Assembly: GCA_041660385.1 (NCBI GenBank)
Contig: JBAZWJ010000031.1
Coordinates: 3,137 to 67,136, forward strand
From: Desulfobacteraceae bacterium
GTDB taxonomy: Bacteria > Desulfobacterota > Desulfobacteria > Desulfobacterales > Desulfolunaceae
Direction: 5' to 3'
Length of the DNA: 64,000 bases
The notes below the pieces were generated by a model. That model saw only the letters and a program-made list of their open reading frames with translations. It ran no database searches and was not told the DNA's origin. Numbering within the stretch: position 1 is the first letter of the stretch; each line of letters opens with the position of its first letter. The translations under genes and the position numbers were made by a program. This document shows, piece after piece, positions 10,730 through 19,287 of the stretch.

Positions 10730-10832
10730 ATGGGTTACGCTAAAGCCTCACCCATCCTACAATTCAGTGTGTAGGATGGGTGGAGCCAAAGCGTAACCCA
10801 TCGCTTCCATGCGATAATCATGGATGTATTTT
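10730..10832. repeat. REP-like palindromic element (two ~32-nt arms around an 8-nt loop, plus ~30-nt extension)
   Basis: ATGGGTTACGCTAAAGCCTCACCCATCCTACA-attcagtg-TGTAGGATGGGTGGAGCCAAAGCGTAACCCAT. The arms pair except for a central 6-8-nt bubble. The right arm plus extension (10770-10832) recurs inverted at 11700-11760. Confidence 0.8.
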
Positions 10833-10975
10833 ATTGCCAGGTTAATATATTTCCAATAAGTTCAATTTACGGAACCGGCGAAGATCCGATCTTCTGGCCG
10901 CGCCATAATTCCACAGACGTTCCCCAAGTACAATGGGAAAACTAAGATCGCATTCTTTTTTGTCAATCAAGGCAA

Positions 10976-11614
10976 TCACGGATGATCACTGATATATTCT
11001 TCAAGGGCGTCATCGATGGCTTTCAATGCCATTTCTTCGGCTTCAACCCAGCGTCCTTTTCTTTTCATAAAAGACCCGATATTCAGGATGTTGCTTAAAA
11101 GGGGTTTCTGGGTTTCGTCGAACTCGCAATGAAAAAGAACATGCCCATCGGAAATTCGAATGATTTTCATATCAAAAGCGACCCTCGATGGTTCGCTCAC
11201 CGAATAGTTTCCGCCCTTCCTGTCTTTATAATGAAATATCCGCCCTATAAGAAATGCTTCTTTCAGGTTGTATCCTTCTAATGGCATGACACCGGAATAA
11301 TACGAAAGCGCCTCCACATCCTTTTTTTTCAGTTCAGGCATCAGGGTCACATTAAGTCCTGTTTTTGCACTCAATATATTGACCAGATGTTCTGTCATGA
11401 CGGAAGACGCATTTTCACCGATGGTCTTAATATCCTGACCATCAAAAGGAACAGCACAATCCATACAGAAAAAAGGAAAAACACCGATGGCTTTCAGATC
11501 ATTCATGGCCGGTTGCATTTCTTTTTTCATACCGGTCTCACATGCGGCAAGCATTAAGAGGCCCAATGATACGACGGAAAGAAGTAAGTATTTAAATCGT
11601 TTATCGATTATCAT
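10976..11614 (-). CDS. Lipoprotein of unknown function
   Basis: Signal peptide with lipobox 'LLMLAAC' (Cys-25). The remainder has no motif I can assign. Gene is bracketed by inverted REP-like copies. Confidence 0.6.
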   Translation of the reverse strand: MIIDKRFKYLLLSVVSLGLLMLAACETGMKKEMQPAMNDLKAIGVFPFFCMDCAVPFDGQDIKTIGENASSVMTEHLVNILSAKTGLNVTLMPELKKKDVEALSYYSGVMPLEGYNLKEAFLIGRIFHYKDRKGGNYSVSEPSRVAFDMKIIRISDGHVLFHCEFDETQKPLLSNILNIGSFMKRKGRWVEAEEMALKAIDDALEEYISDHP

Positions 11615-11699
11615 GATTCTAAATCCAATCTCGTTTTCTTAAGAAATACCGGCCACCCCTGCAACGTTTCACCGTTTCCATGTATATCAACACAGCAAC

Positions 11700-11760
11700 A
11701 AAATACATCCATATTTATCGTATGGAAGCGATGGGTTGCGCTTTGGCTCCACCCATCCTA
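11700..11760. repeat. REP-like element, inverted copy of 10770-10832
   Basis: AAAATACATCCATATTTATCGTATGGAAGCGATGGGTTGCGCTTTGGCTCCACCCATCCTA equals the reverse complement of 10770-10832 with ~5 mismatches in ~61 nt (hand alignment). Confidence 0.8.
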
Positions 11761-11821
11761 ATTGATCCTAAGCCTGCAATTTTTCGTTTGTATGGGTTGA
11801 CGTTCCTGAAAGTATATCCGA

Positions 11822-12412
11822 TCAAATGACACCTTTAGTGGAATGATGCCCCTTGATCCGTTCATCAATGGTCACAGCCCAGTCCAAGGCACGCCCAAGA
11901 GCCTTAAAAACAGATTCGATAATATGATGAGCATTTTCACCGTAGCGCACATTGACATGGAGGTTCATCCCTCCTTTCATGGCGAACGCATGGAGAAATT
12001 CCTTCACATCACGGGTGTCGAAGGTTCCGCACATACCAAGGTTGTCTGGAACATGGTAAACAAGATAGGGCCTGTTTGACAGGTCAAGGCTCACTTCGGA
12101 CAGAGTTTCATCCATGGGGGTCACAGCATGTCCGTATCTGACAATCCCTTTACGCTCACCCAGAGCTTCGTTCACAAGTGAACCAAGGACAATACCCATA
12201 TCTTCCACCGTATGATGGTTGTCCACGCCAATATCTCCCTGGGCCAGAATCGTCATATCAAAAAAACCATGTCGCGCAAAAAGATTGAGCATATGATCAA
12301 AAAATGGGATGCCGGTGGAAATATCCGCTGTTCCGCCTCCATCAAGATCAATAGACGCAGTTATCCGTGTTTCGGATGTGTTTCTTTCAATCCGAGCGGT
12401 TCGATTCATCAT
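11822..12412 (-). CDS. hisB: Imidazoleglycerol-phosphate dehydratase
   Basis: 'RNTSETRI...IDLDG...STGIPFFDHMLNLFARHG...DNHHTVEDMGIVLG...NAHHIIESVFKALGRAL': canonical monofunctional HisB, 196 aa. Confidence 0.95.
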   Translation of the reverse strand: MMNRTARIERNTSETRITASIDLDGGGTADISTGIPFFDHMLNLFARHGFFDMTILAQGDIGVDNHHTVEDMGIVLGSLVNEALGERKGIVRYGHAVTPMDETLSEVSLDLSNRPYLVYHVPDNLGMCGTFDTRDVKEFLHAFAMKGGMNLHVNVRYGENAHHIIESVFKALGRALDWAVTIDERIKGHHSTKGVI

Positions 12413-12624
12413 GTTTCCTTATGATTTTATGATTAACCGGTATCAAAAGAGATCGCCGTTACCAGTTGATTTAAAAATAAAATAGTGAAATGACTTGGTT
12501 TCCTTTAACAGATAATTCGGCAATGGTCAATTTAAAAAAGACATTCCTTTCATCCGGCCTTCATCTATGGTATGGAATTCCGATTTTTAAATTATTATCA
12601 ATGCCATTTCCTTAATAATAGCGT

Positions 12625-12948
12625 TGTAGGGGCGGGTTCCAAACCCGCCCGGACCCGGATTATGAGGCGGATCATGGGGCAAGGCAGGTTTTGAACCTGC
12701 CCCTACGGACTTAAGGGCATGGCCGTCAGGCTAAGGCTTGAAATGATACAATCTGCTGAATCCCAAAGGGATTCCGTATCATAGCCCAGGGTTGCGGCAA
12801 CGCCGCTACCCTGGGATCACCGACGAACATCCCCCAACCCCAAAGGGGTTGCGTCCGGATATTGGCGATTCATGGGAATGTTACGCAGCCCCGTTGGGGC
12901 AAAAAAACTGATTTTTGCCTTTAGCCTGACGGCTATGGACTTAAGGGG
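12625..12948. repeat. Dense array of GC-rich stem-loops (REP/BIME-like cluster)
   Basis: Consecutive hairpins read directly: GGGCGGGTT/AAACCCGCCC; GGCAGGTT-ttga-ACCTGCC inside GTAGGGGC...GCCCCTAC; GAATCCC-aaa-GGGATTC; CCCAGGGT-(GCGGC-aac-GCCGC)-ACCCTGGG; CAACCCC-aaa-GGGGTTG; GCCCC-gtt-GGGGC. Outer inverted repeat GACTTAAGGGCATGGCCGTCAGGCTAAGGC (12708-12737) / GCCTTTAGCCTGACGGCTATGGACTTAAGGGG (12917-12948). Confidence 0.8.
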
Positions 12949-12964
12949 CTCGGAAAATATTATT

Positions 12965-14719
12965 ATGGAGAAGAAGATGAGCGTTACCTTGACGTTGAGC
13001 GATGCCTATAAGAAAGTCACAGATGATCAGGACAAAATTATAACCCCTGAGGAAACCGTCCGGATTTTCAAAGAAAAAGCAGCAAACATCAACCTGGATA
13101 TTCTTGAAAGCACCATGAGAATCGACAACGGACGGCTGGATATCCCCGTTTTTTTCAGCGTATGCGGAAAAGACGCCCAGAAAGTAACAGGCACGAACAA
13201 GCAGATGGGGAAAGGAGCCACTCCATCCCAGTCCGAAGCAAGCGCCGTCATGGAGCTAGCAGAACGCTTCAGTTTTTTCTCATTTAAAAACAATAAGAAA
13301 AACTTTTTCACAGACACATGCAGGAACGTGGGCGAAAAAGCCATGCCTTTTGACCTGATCGCAAAATCAGTTCATGACAACAACACCGATGAAATTGAAC
13401 ACGTCCGGGAATTTTTTATGGATCTCCCGTTCCAGTGGACAGAGGCTTATAACCTCACACGTAAAAAATCCATGCTTGTTCCCTTTGACTGGTTTTTCAT
13501 GATCAACGAGTTTAACGGACCATCAGCCGGAAACTGCAAAGAAGAAGCCATCTGCCAGGGAATCTCAGAAATCGTTGAACGGCATGTTTCTTCACGTGTC
13601 AGCATGGAAAAACGGCCTGTTCCGAGTATTGATCCCTGGACATCTCACGATCCCCTTGTCCATGAAATGCTCACAAAATATGAAAAAGCCGGTGTCCGCC
13701 TTGTGGTTTCAGATTTCACCCTTGACACAGGAATACCCACAATAGCCGTACTCGGCTGGGACCCTGCAACATTCCCGGAAGCAAGTGAAATCGTGTGGAC
13801 AGCAGGCACAGCCCCCGATCCCCACAAAGCTCTGAGCAGAGCCTTGACCGAAGTGGCCCAGCTTGCCGGAGATTTCAATTCCAAATCAAATTACATCGCA
13901 AGCGGCCTTCCAAAGTTCCAGACCCTTGCTGAAGCAGATTACATCACAAACACTGAAAAAACTCTGACCATGCAGGATTTACCGGATCTTTCTGACATCA
14001 ACATCCGTGTGGAAATCGAACGATACGTATCGACTCTCGAACAACGGGGCTTTGAAGTATTTCTCATCGACACCGCCCATGAAGGCCTTGCCATTCCCGC
14101 CTTTTACACCATTATCCCCGGAGCCCATTTCAGGGAAAGAGCAACAGGAACAAGCGTGGGCATGTTCACCGCCAAATTCATCACGGAAAACCTGGATACC
14201 AGGGAAGCCCTCTTGCGCTTGAAATCCATGGCGGAAAAACTACCCAACGCTTATTACATTCAGTTTTATCTCGGCCAGCTCTATCTTTCTCTGGAACGGC
14301 ATGAAAAAGCTCTGGACTATTTCAAAACAGCCATAACTCTCAACCCTCAAGAGCAGGACATTCCTTCGATCTGCTCCTACACCGGAGTCTGCCTGAAAGA
14401 CATGGAACGATACGAAGAAGCCCTTGTCATCTTAGAAAAAGGCGCCGAAACAGACAACGAACGGGAAGATATTTTCAACCTCATGGGTTTCTGCCATTTC
14501 AAACTGAAAAACCATGAACAGGCCATCGGTTGCTTCAAGCGCGTCATCGCCCTCAACCCCTCATCAGCCATCGATTACGCCAACATTGCCTCCAACTACA
14601 GAGACATGGGCCAGCCAGACAAAGCCATATCCTACTACACCCTGGCCCTCACCCTGGATTCAAGCCTTGATTTCGCCCGAGATAATCTCGATAAACTCCG
14701 AAACAGCCCGGGGTGTTGA
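12965..14719 (+). CDS. YcaO-family protein with C-terminal TPR repeats
   Basis: 'KGATPSQSEASAVMELAERFS', 'NGPSAGNCKEEAICQGISEIVERH', 'DTGIPTIAVLG', 'ALTEVAQL' are YcaO ATP/Mg-binding hallmarks. The last ~150 aa are TPR-like ('YYIQFYLGQLYLSLERHEKALDYFKTAITLNP', 'AIGCFKRVIALNP', 'AISYYTLALTLD'). Start moved to ATG 12965 (or 12977) because the longer ORF from 12872 reads through the REP hairpins. Confidence 0.8.
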   Translation: MEKKMSVTLTLSDAYKKVTDDQDKIITPEETVRIFKEKAANINLDILESTMRIDNGRLDIPVFFSVCGKDAQKVTGTNKQMGKGATPSQSEASAVMELAERFSFFSFKNNKKNFFTDTCRNVGEKAMPFDLIAKSVHDNNTDEIEHVREFFMDLPFQWTEAYNLTRKKSMLVPFDWFFMINEFNGPSAGNCKEEAICQGISEIVERHVSSRVSMEKRPVPSIDPWTSHDPLVHEMLTKYEKAGVRLVVSDFTLDTGIPTIAVLGWDPATFPEASEIVWTAGTAPDPHKALSRALTEVAQLAGDFNSKSNYIASGLPKFQTLAEADYITNTEKTLTMQDLPDLSDINIRVEIERYVSTLEQRGFEVFLIDTAHEGLAIPAFYTIIPGAHFRERATGTSVGMFTAKFITENLDTREALLRLKSMAEKLPNAYYIQFYLGQLYLSLERHEKALDYFKTAITLNPQEQDIPSICSYTGVCLKDMERYEEALVILEKGAETDNEREDIFNLMGFCHFKLKNHEQAIGCFKRVIALNPSSAIDYANIASNYRDMGQPDKAISYYTLALTLDSSLDFARDNLDKLRNSPGC

Positions 14720-14830
14720 AAGCGACCGCCTACAGTAAAAAAGAGATGGTATGGTGTACTTGTAGCGGTTTGAAATCATAAACGCCCTGGCCCGATTTAG
14801 AGGGTCAAGCTGGGCCAGCATTATTCGTTT

Positions 14831-15136
14831 CTACGCTTCTAAATTGAATCTTTTAAGCCAGTATCCTGGCTTTCGATGCAAGTGCATCAACGCAAAAACC
14901 TTTACTGTGGTTCCATCATACGAATAAACAATTGCGAAAGGAAAGCGGTGTAAAAGATACCTTCGTGTTCCAGATACGTATGCTGGCCAGCTTTCCGGAT
15001 ATTCCCAAGTGTATTCCATTCCATGATCAAGCTCGTTCATGAACTGATCCTTCAATCCTTGCGATTGACTTTCATACCACTTTTTAGCGCCTTCAATTTC
15101 AAGAAATGCCTGGGGATGGATGATAACCGGCGTCAA
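14831..15136 (-). CDS. RelE/ParE-family type II toxin
   Basis: 101 aa; '...RRYLLHRFPFAIVYSYDGTTVKVFALMHLHRKPGYW' resembles the ParE/RelE C-terminal core. ATGA overlap with the upstream small gene. Confidence 0.75.
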   Translation of the reverse strand: MTPVIIHPQAFLEIEGAKKWYESQSQGLKDQFMNELDHGMEYTWEYPESWPAYVSGTRRYLLHRFPFAIVYSYDGTTVKVFALMHLHRKPGYWLKRFNLEA

Positions 15137-15360
15137 TTTTCACCCCTCAACCGTTTTTTTGCATCATCCCAGGTCACAAATACGATACCTTCACGATTTA
15201 CGTCGGCCATTCTTTTCTGAATTTCCTGCTGCCACTCTTTTTCAACGTCCGTATCTGTTTTCGCCTCAAGGCTTTCGATCAATTGTTCGGCTATAAATGC
15301 CCGTTGCTGTTGGGGCATGTTCATTGCTTTTTCCAAGATCGTCTCTACTTCTTTATTCAT
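15133..15360 (-). CDS. Antitoxin ('addiction module component' family)
   Basis: 75 aa, 'MPQQQRAFIAEQLIESLE....EKEWQQEIQKRMADV' is the helical pattern of the putative addiction-module antitoxins found upstream of ParE/RelE toxins; 4-nt overlap with the toxin gene. Confidence 0.7.
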   Translation of the reverse strand: MNKEVETILEKAMNMPQQQRAFIAEQLIESLEAKTDTDVEKEWQQEIQKRMADVNREGIVFVTWDDAKKRLRGEN

Positions 15361-15372
15361 GGTTTCTCCTTA

Positions 15373-16527
15373 CTGAAGTTTCCTATAAATTAAAAACAAC
15401 TTTTGGATGCCTTATGATGCAATTGGCATAGAAATTGGTTTCATTTTCCATGCCAATTTTCAAGTAAATTACATGGTAAACTACTTAAATTATTGACAAA
15501 AAACAGCAAGATTATCCTTGGAAAAGTAGGAGCTCCTATGGTATGTTTTAATTGCGCAAACAATTGAAATCATACAAAAAAGGAGCTACCTACAATGTTT
15601 ATATTACGCGATTTGCTCGTACCTCTGCAAGCAGAATTTTCTAAAACTGAGCAGGGCCAAAAAAGAAAAGTCTGGTTTGTATACACGTTACTGGCTGTGG
15701 TGGTTCCATTCACATCATCAATCACCTCCAACCTGTTACGTGCCTTGCAAACTCTGTTTGGTTTAAAATTACAGAGTCAGCGTTTTTACACTTTTATGGC
15801 GAGCACAACGCTGCCGTGGCCAGGGTTGTGGAAAGCTATGTGGGGAATGATTCCGTCACCGGCCACTGACGAACGAATTATGGTTGCACTGGATGATTCC
15901 ATAAATCCAAAGAGTGGACACCAAAATATGGCAAACGTTTGGGCTCTGTGGATGATTGTGCAACCAGGCTGAAGGAAAAATGCTCAGACATATACCGCTT
16001 TCCTCTATGGTAAGAAAAGGGAAGTGTTGGCGTATTCACAGACCGTTATGTTGAAAACGATGAAGTGCCCGGTAAGAGTTATTTGGGTTTATCGGAAAAC
16101 ACGATACGTTGCTCTCATGACCACAGACATGACACTTTCTGTTGAGCAAATTATAGAATATTACGGTGCTCGCTGGAAGATAGAGTCTGGATTTAAAGAA
16201 ATCAAACAGGAGATTGGCAGTTCAAAATCACAAGTTAGAAATGCGAATTCTGTGTTGAATCATCTCAATTTCTGCATGATGGCCACAACGCTGACATGGA
16301 TTTATGCCGACCGGTTACAAAATGCGCCGGATAGAAGGCATAAAGTTCGGGGCCGAGCCGGATTTGCATTTTCTGATGTGCGTAGGATAATCGCGGAGGA
16401 GGCATTGAGTCCAGATTTTTATAGGGTTTGCCCTGTGCCAGCACAAATCCCACAAAAATCTTTCATCAAGACCTTGCTACGCATGGTGGCATAGCAAGAT
16501 GCCATATAAATTTATAGGAAACTTCAG
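15373..16527 (+). mobile_element. IS4/IS701-like insertion sequence, internally deleted (non-autonomous)
   Basis: Perfect 19-bp terminal inverted repeats CTGAAGTTTCCTATAAATT (15373-15391) / AATTTATAGGAAACTTCAG (16509-16527), flanked by a 5-bp direct repeat CCTTA (15368-15372 and 16528-16532). Only ~1.15 kb, with a broken transposase inside. Confidence 0.8.
15595..16494 (+). pseudogene. DDE transposase (IS4/IS701-like), two fragments (15595-15972, 16024-16494)
   Basis: Fragment 1 ends just after 'VALDDSINPKSG' (first catalytic D region). Fragment 2 carries 'YYGARWKIESGFKEIKQEIG' (Y-x2-R-x3-E-x6-K signature). The segment that should hold the second D is missing. Confidence 0.75.
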
Positions 16528-16528
16528 C

Positions 16529-17025
16529 CTTAACACTCTCCAATATTATATAACCGGAGCAAAGTCCAATTTAAGTTCTGCTTGAATATTTACAGCACTA
16601 GAAGGGGCAGTGGATAAGTTTTTGATGTCAATCGTAAATGCTTTGTTATCCTCGAATATATCTGGACGTGGAGCATTACCTCCAGCATGGCCTCCAACTC
16701 TTGTCAAAATTGAATTAGTAGTTGAATAGGTTTCATTCAGAATTGTGACCTCACCAGGCTCATAATAATCATCTTCATAATTTAATTTGCCATCAGTTGT
16801 AGTGCCTTTAATGCCCACCCAAAGGTTGGGACCATACTCAGGCCCAAAGTCTTTTAATATAAAATCACCCGTACCTTTTATATCAACTGACCCGGATGTG
16901 TCACCCCACCATGTATATTTTCCTGTAAATTTCCTTGTGATTTCTTTATTCATTGTCATATTTATCCTTACTTGATCTATACAGAGTTTCATGCCAAAGT
17001 CGCGATATGCAACCTTCACGTTGAG
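16529..17025. repeat. ~0.5-kb duplicated segment, copy 1 (copy 2 at 19288-19783)
   Basis: Hand alignment shows near-identity from CCTTAACACTCTCCAATATTATATAACCGGAGC... to ...CATGCCAAAGTCGCG.T..GCAACC.TCACGTTGAG. The copies differ by scattered substitutions and a 4-nt deletion in copy 2. Confidence 0.85.
16546..16959 (-). CDS. Leaderless, anchorless paralogue of the PEP-CTERM protein at 18442-18996
   Basis: MTMNKEITRKFTGKYTWWGDTSGS...DFGPEYGPNLWVGIKG...YYEPGEVTILNE...GGHAGGNAPRPDIF...LDFAPVI* aligns with the mature part of the 18442 protein (TWWGD, DFGP, YEPGE.T.LNE, GGHAGG, PR.DIF). AAGGAT lies 5 nt before ATG 16959. There is no signal peptide, and the ORF stops exactly where the paralogue continues with PEP-CTERM. 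The longer GTG-started ORF to 17127 is not supported, since inter-copy homology ends near 17025. Confidence 0.45.
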   Translation of the reverse strand: MTMNKEITRKFTGKYTWWGDTSGSVDIKGTGDFILKDFGPEYGPNLWVGIKGTTTDGKLNYEDDYYEPGEVTILNETYSTTNSILTRVGGHAGGNAPRPDIFEDNKAFTIDIKNLSTAPSSAVNIQAELKLDFAPVI

Positions 17026-17924
17026 CTTCCGGAAATATGCCTCTTTTAACAAATCATAAATTAAGTTATCGGTGGTCATGGACTTGATTGGAGATCCAGC
17101 GTGTGCATCTGCAATTTCGACAACCACAGTATATCCGTCTGTTCGTTGAATCGTAAATTTATAGATTTTTTCGCTGGCTGAATTAATATTATTTTTACTT
17201 TGCCTTCAATCCATGTCAGCGCTGGAAGCTGGGCCTATTTTATTCCAACCGATGAATTTTGATTCATGGTATTCTGCCTCCTTAATTTAAAGTTAAATGC
17301 GTTTCTTCTACGCTTATAATAATCAACAAATTGCCACTCGATATATATAAGTTATAAGAAAAATATGGTATTTTTTGTAACGACCTTAAAAAATCTTTCG
17401 TGCTTGGAATCAGTGTTCATTCAAGTCTAAATTGAATCAGTAAGAGTATTTGTGCATAATTTCTCAGATTAATCACAAGTTGTCAACATCGAAACATGAT
17501 TATTACAAGCGAAATTCCTTTCATTATCTTCACTTTATTAATCAAGTAAAGGAAAAAACAAAAATTAAAAAAATTGGCTCCAATTATTTAAACAGGGGCT
17601 TTTTAGGGGACAGGTCAATTATTCATCTTTCCGAAAAATCCCCATTTGTTGCCTCACCAAATTCGTTGTTACTTGCTTTTTTTAAATTCTATAATCGATA
17701 TTTTGAACGAGCGAAATGTTAGATAAATCTTACATTCATTACACACATCCTCCTGCATATTGCACACTTATTTGAGTAATTAATTATATATATTAGATAG
17801 TATATTCCACAAAAAGAAATAAGTCATAATACATAATATTCCGCAAATTACTGTATTTTTTAAAAAAATAAATACCCACCTAAAGTGGCGCATTTTTTGC
17901 TTATCAAGATTTTATATTCACAAA

Positions 17925-18127
17925 GTGGGGTAGTCGGTTAGTGCCCAATGGTGTATGATCCTCGTAAAAATATTTTTTTGCTGCGAGATGCTGTTCAAAT
18001 ACCCTTGATATCAGGTCACGATTATCCCAACACGTACCGCAGTTTTGTTGAGATGTTTCCTGACAATGCATCTTGCGCGCGGATATAACTGGGTCTAACT
18101 CTTGTGGGGCACTAACCGACTACCCCC
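17925..18127. mobile_element. MITE-like internally deleted IS1595-family derivative
   Basis: 20-bp perfect terminal inverted repeats GGGGTAGTCGGTTAGTGCCC (17927-17946) / GGGCACTAACCGACTACCCC (18107-18126), with an 8-bp direct repeat TTCACAAA on both sides (17917-17924, 18128-18135). The inner ORF stub MVYDPRKNIFLLRDAVQIPLISGHDYPNTYRSFVEMFPDNASCARI* resembles the N-terminus ('F..FPdeeaC..yL') of IS1595/ISXO2-type transposases (from memory). Confidence 0.5.
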
Positions 18128-18441
18128 TTCACAAATTAGCATGGTTTGAAGGTTCTCAAGCAAATTTTTTTGCCTGATAATCAGCATGAACCCCGAAAAA
18201 TTTATTATTCATTTTTGGAACAAAACATTCGTTTTGCCGGTTCTCCTGAAAAAAAACCGCTAAAAACCCTGCCATAACCTAACATTTATAAAAATGTATT
18301 CGGTTAAAATTACAACAGTCGGGGTAGAACAATCTGAAGTAATAAAAAATAACAGCTATTGGCTTTTGTGTTGATTTGTAAAATTGGAAAACTCGTTTTG
18401 AAGTTATTGACTTGATGCAACTTATTAACTGGAGACCAAAA

Positions 18442-18996
18442 ATGAAATTAAAAAAAATAATCACATTATGTTATGCATTTTTAGCATTGACCAGCTCAGT
18501 TCAGGCCGATTACATTACCAGACCGTTTACAGGAATATATACATGGTGGGGCGATATTTCATCAGGCACAATCTCCTTAGAAGGTACCGCTGATTTTATT
18601 TTAAATGATTTCGGTCCTGGTTTTGGCCCTCCCCCGTGGGTAGGTGTTAGAGGAGTGACTTATGACGGGCAATTAACTTTTGAAGATTGTTTTTATGAGC
18701 CTGGGGAAATGACAGTTCTAAATGAACACTACTCATCAGACGATTCTTTGTTGTTTCGATTCGGTGGACATGCTGGCGGTGATGGGCCGAGATCTGACAT
18801 TTTTGTTGAAAACAAGCCATTTAACCTTGTTTTCTATAATGATTTTTTTAGTCCCCCAAAAGACGGAATGATTCAGATTCAATCAAATTTAGAACTATAC
18901 GTTGGGGCTGCGCCGGTTCCTGAACCTGCCACGATGTTTCTTTTTGGACTCGGATTGATAGGGGCGACAATATCAAGAAGAAAGGTTGATATATAA
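18442..18996 (+). CDS. PEP-CTERM sorting-signal protein (exosortase substrate), unknown family
   Basis: Signal peptide MKLKKIITLCYAFLALTSSVQA|D, ~135-aa domain, then 'VPEPATMFLFGLGLIGATISRRK' = PEP motif (18919-18927) + TM helix + basic tail. GGAG lies 8 nt before ATG 18442. Confidence 0.85.
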   Translation: MKLKKIITLCYAFLALTSSVQADYITRPFTGIYTWWGDISSGTISLEGTADFILNDFGPGFGPPPWVGVRGVTYDGQLTFEDCFYEPGEMTVLNEHYSSDDSLLFRFGGHAGGDGPRSDIFVENKPFNLVFYNDFFSPPKDGMIQIQSNLELYVGAAPVPEPATMFLFGLGLIGATISRRKVDI

Positions 18997-19287
18997 ATAT
19001 TTTACTCTGTTTTTTTCTCAGAAAGTTGAGTTTATTAATATAATCCGCTATCAATTAGCAAAACGAATCTGGAGCTGATGCGGAAAAATGATGATTTGAA
19101 ATGTATAAGAATCCGATAATCATCATTATAGCCATGAACATTTCGTCTGGCCAATCACCAGAATATTTGTTGACAAACATGTGTACCATCATATCAATTG
19201 ACGGTCTTGGACAATACATTGGTACGGCTGAATCCCGATAAGGATAAAGATATCAAGGATGCTCTTTTAAGGTTTAGGTGACAACTT

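Noticed and set aside
12625-12948. Possible CRISPR array
   Set aside because: The hairpins have different sequences. There is no constant repeat unit with regular spacers, and no cas genes are in the window.
12872-12964. N-terminal 31-codon extension of the YcaO ORF
   Set aside because: The extension is translated from the REP hairpins (MGMLRSPVGAKKLIFAFSLTAMDLRG...). The ATG at 12965 or 12977 just after the array is more plausible.
14787-14818. Hairpin CTGGCCC...GGGCCAG between the convergent YcaO and toxin genes as a terminator
   Set aside because: 7-bp stem with an 18-nt loop and no flanking T/A runs, which is not convincing.
16960-17127. GTG-started N-terminal extension of ORF 16546-17127
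   Set aside because: Homology between the two cassette copies ends near 17025. A good RBS plus ATG exists at 16959, and the extension has no start-site support.
17450-17722. 90-aa plus-strand ORF in the AT-rich spacer
   Set aside because: Low-complexity K/N/F-rich translation of AT-rich DNA, with no RBS and no motif.
18360-18374. Sigma-54-like sequence TGGCTTTTGTGTTGA upstream of the PEP-CTERM gene
   Set aside because: The spacing is right, but the -12 element is TTGA instead of TTGC and the -24 flank is poor. It is mentioned only as a lead, not called.
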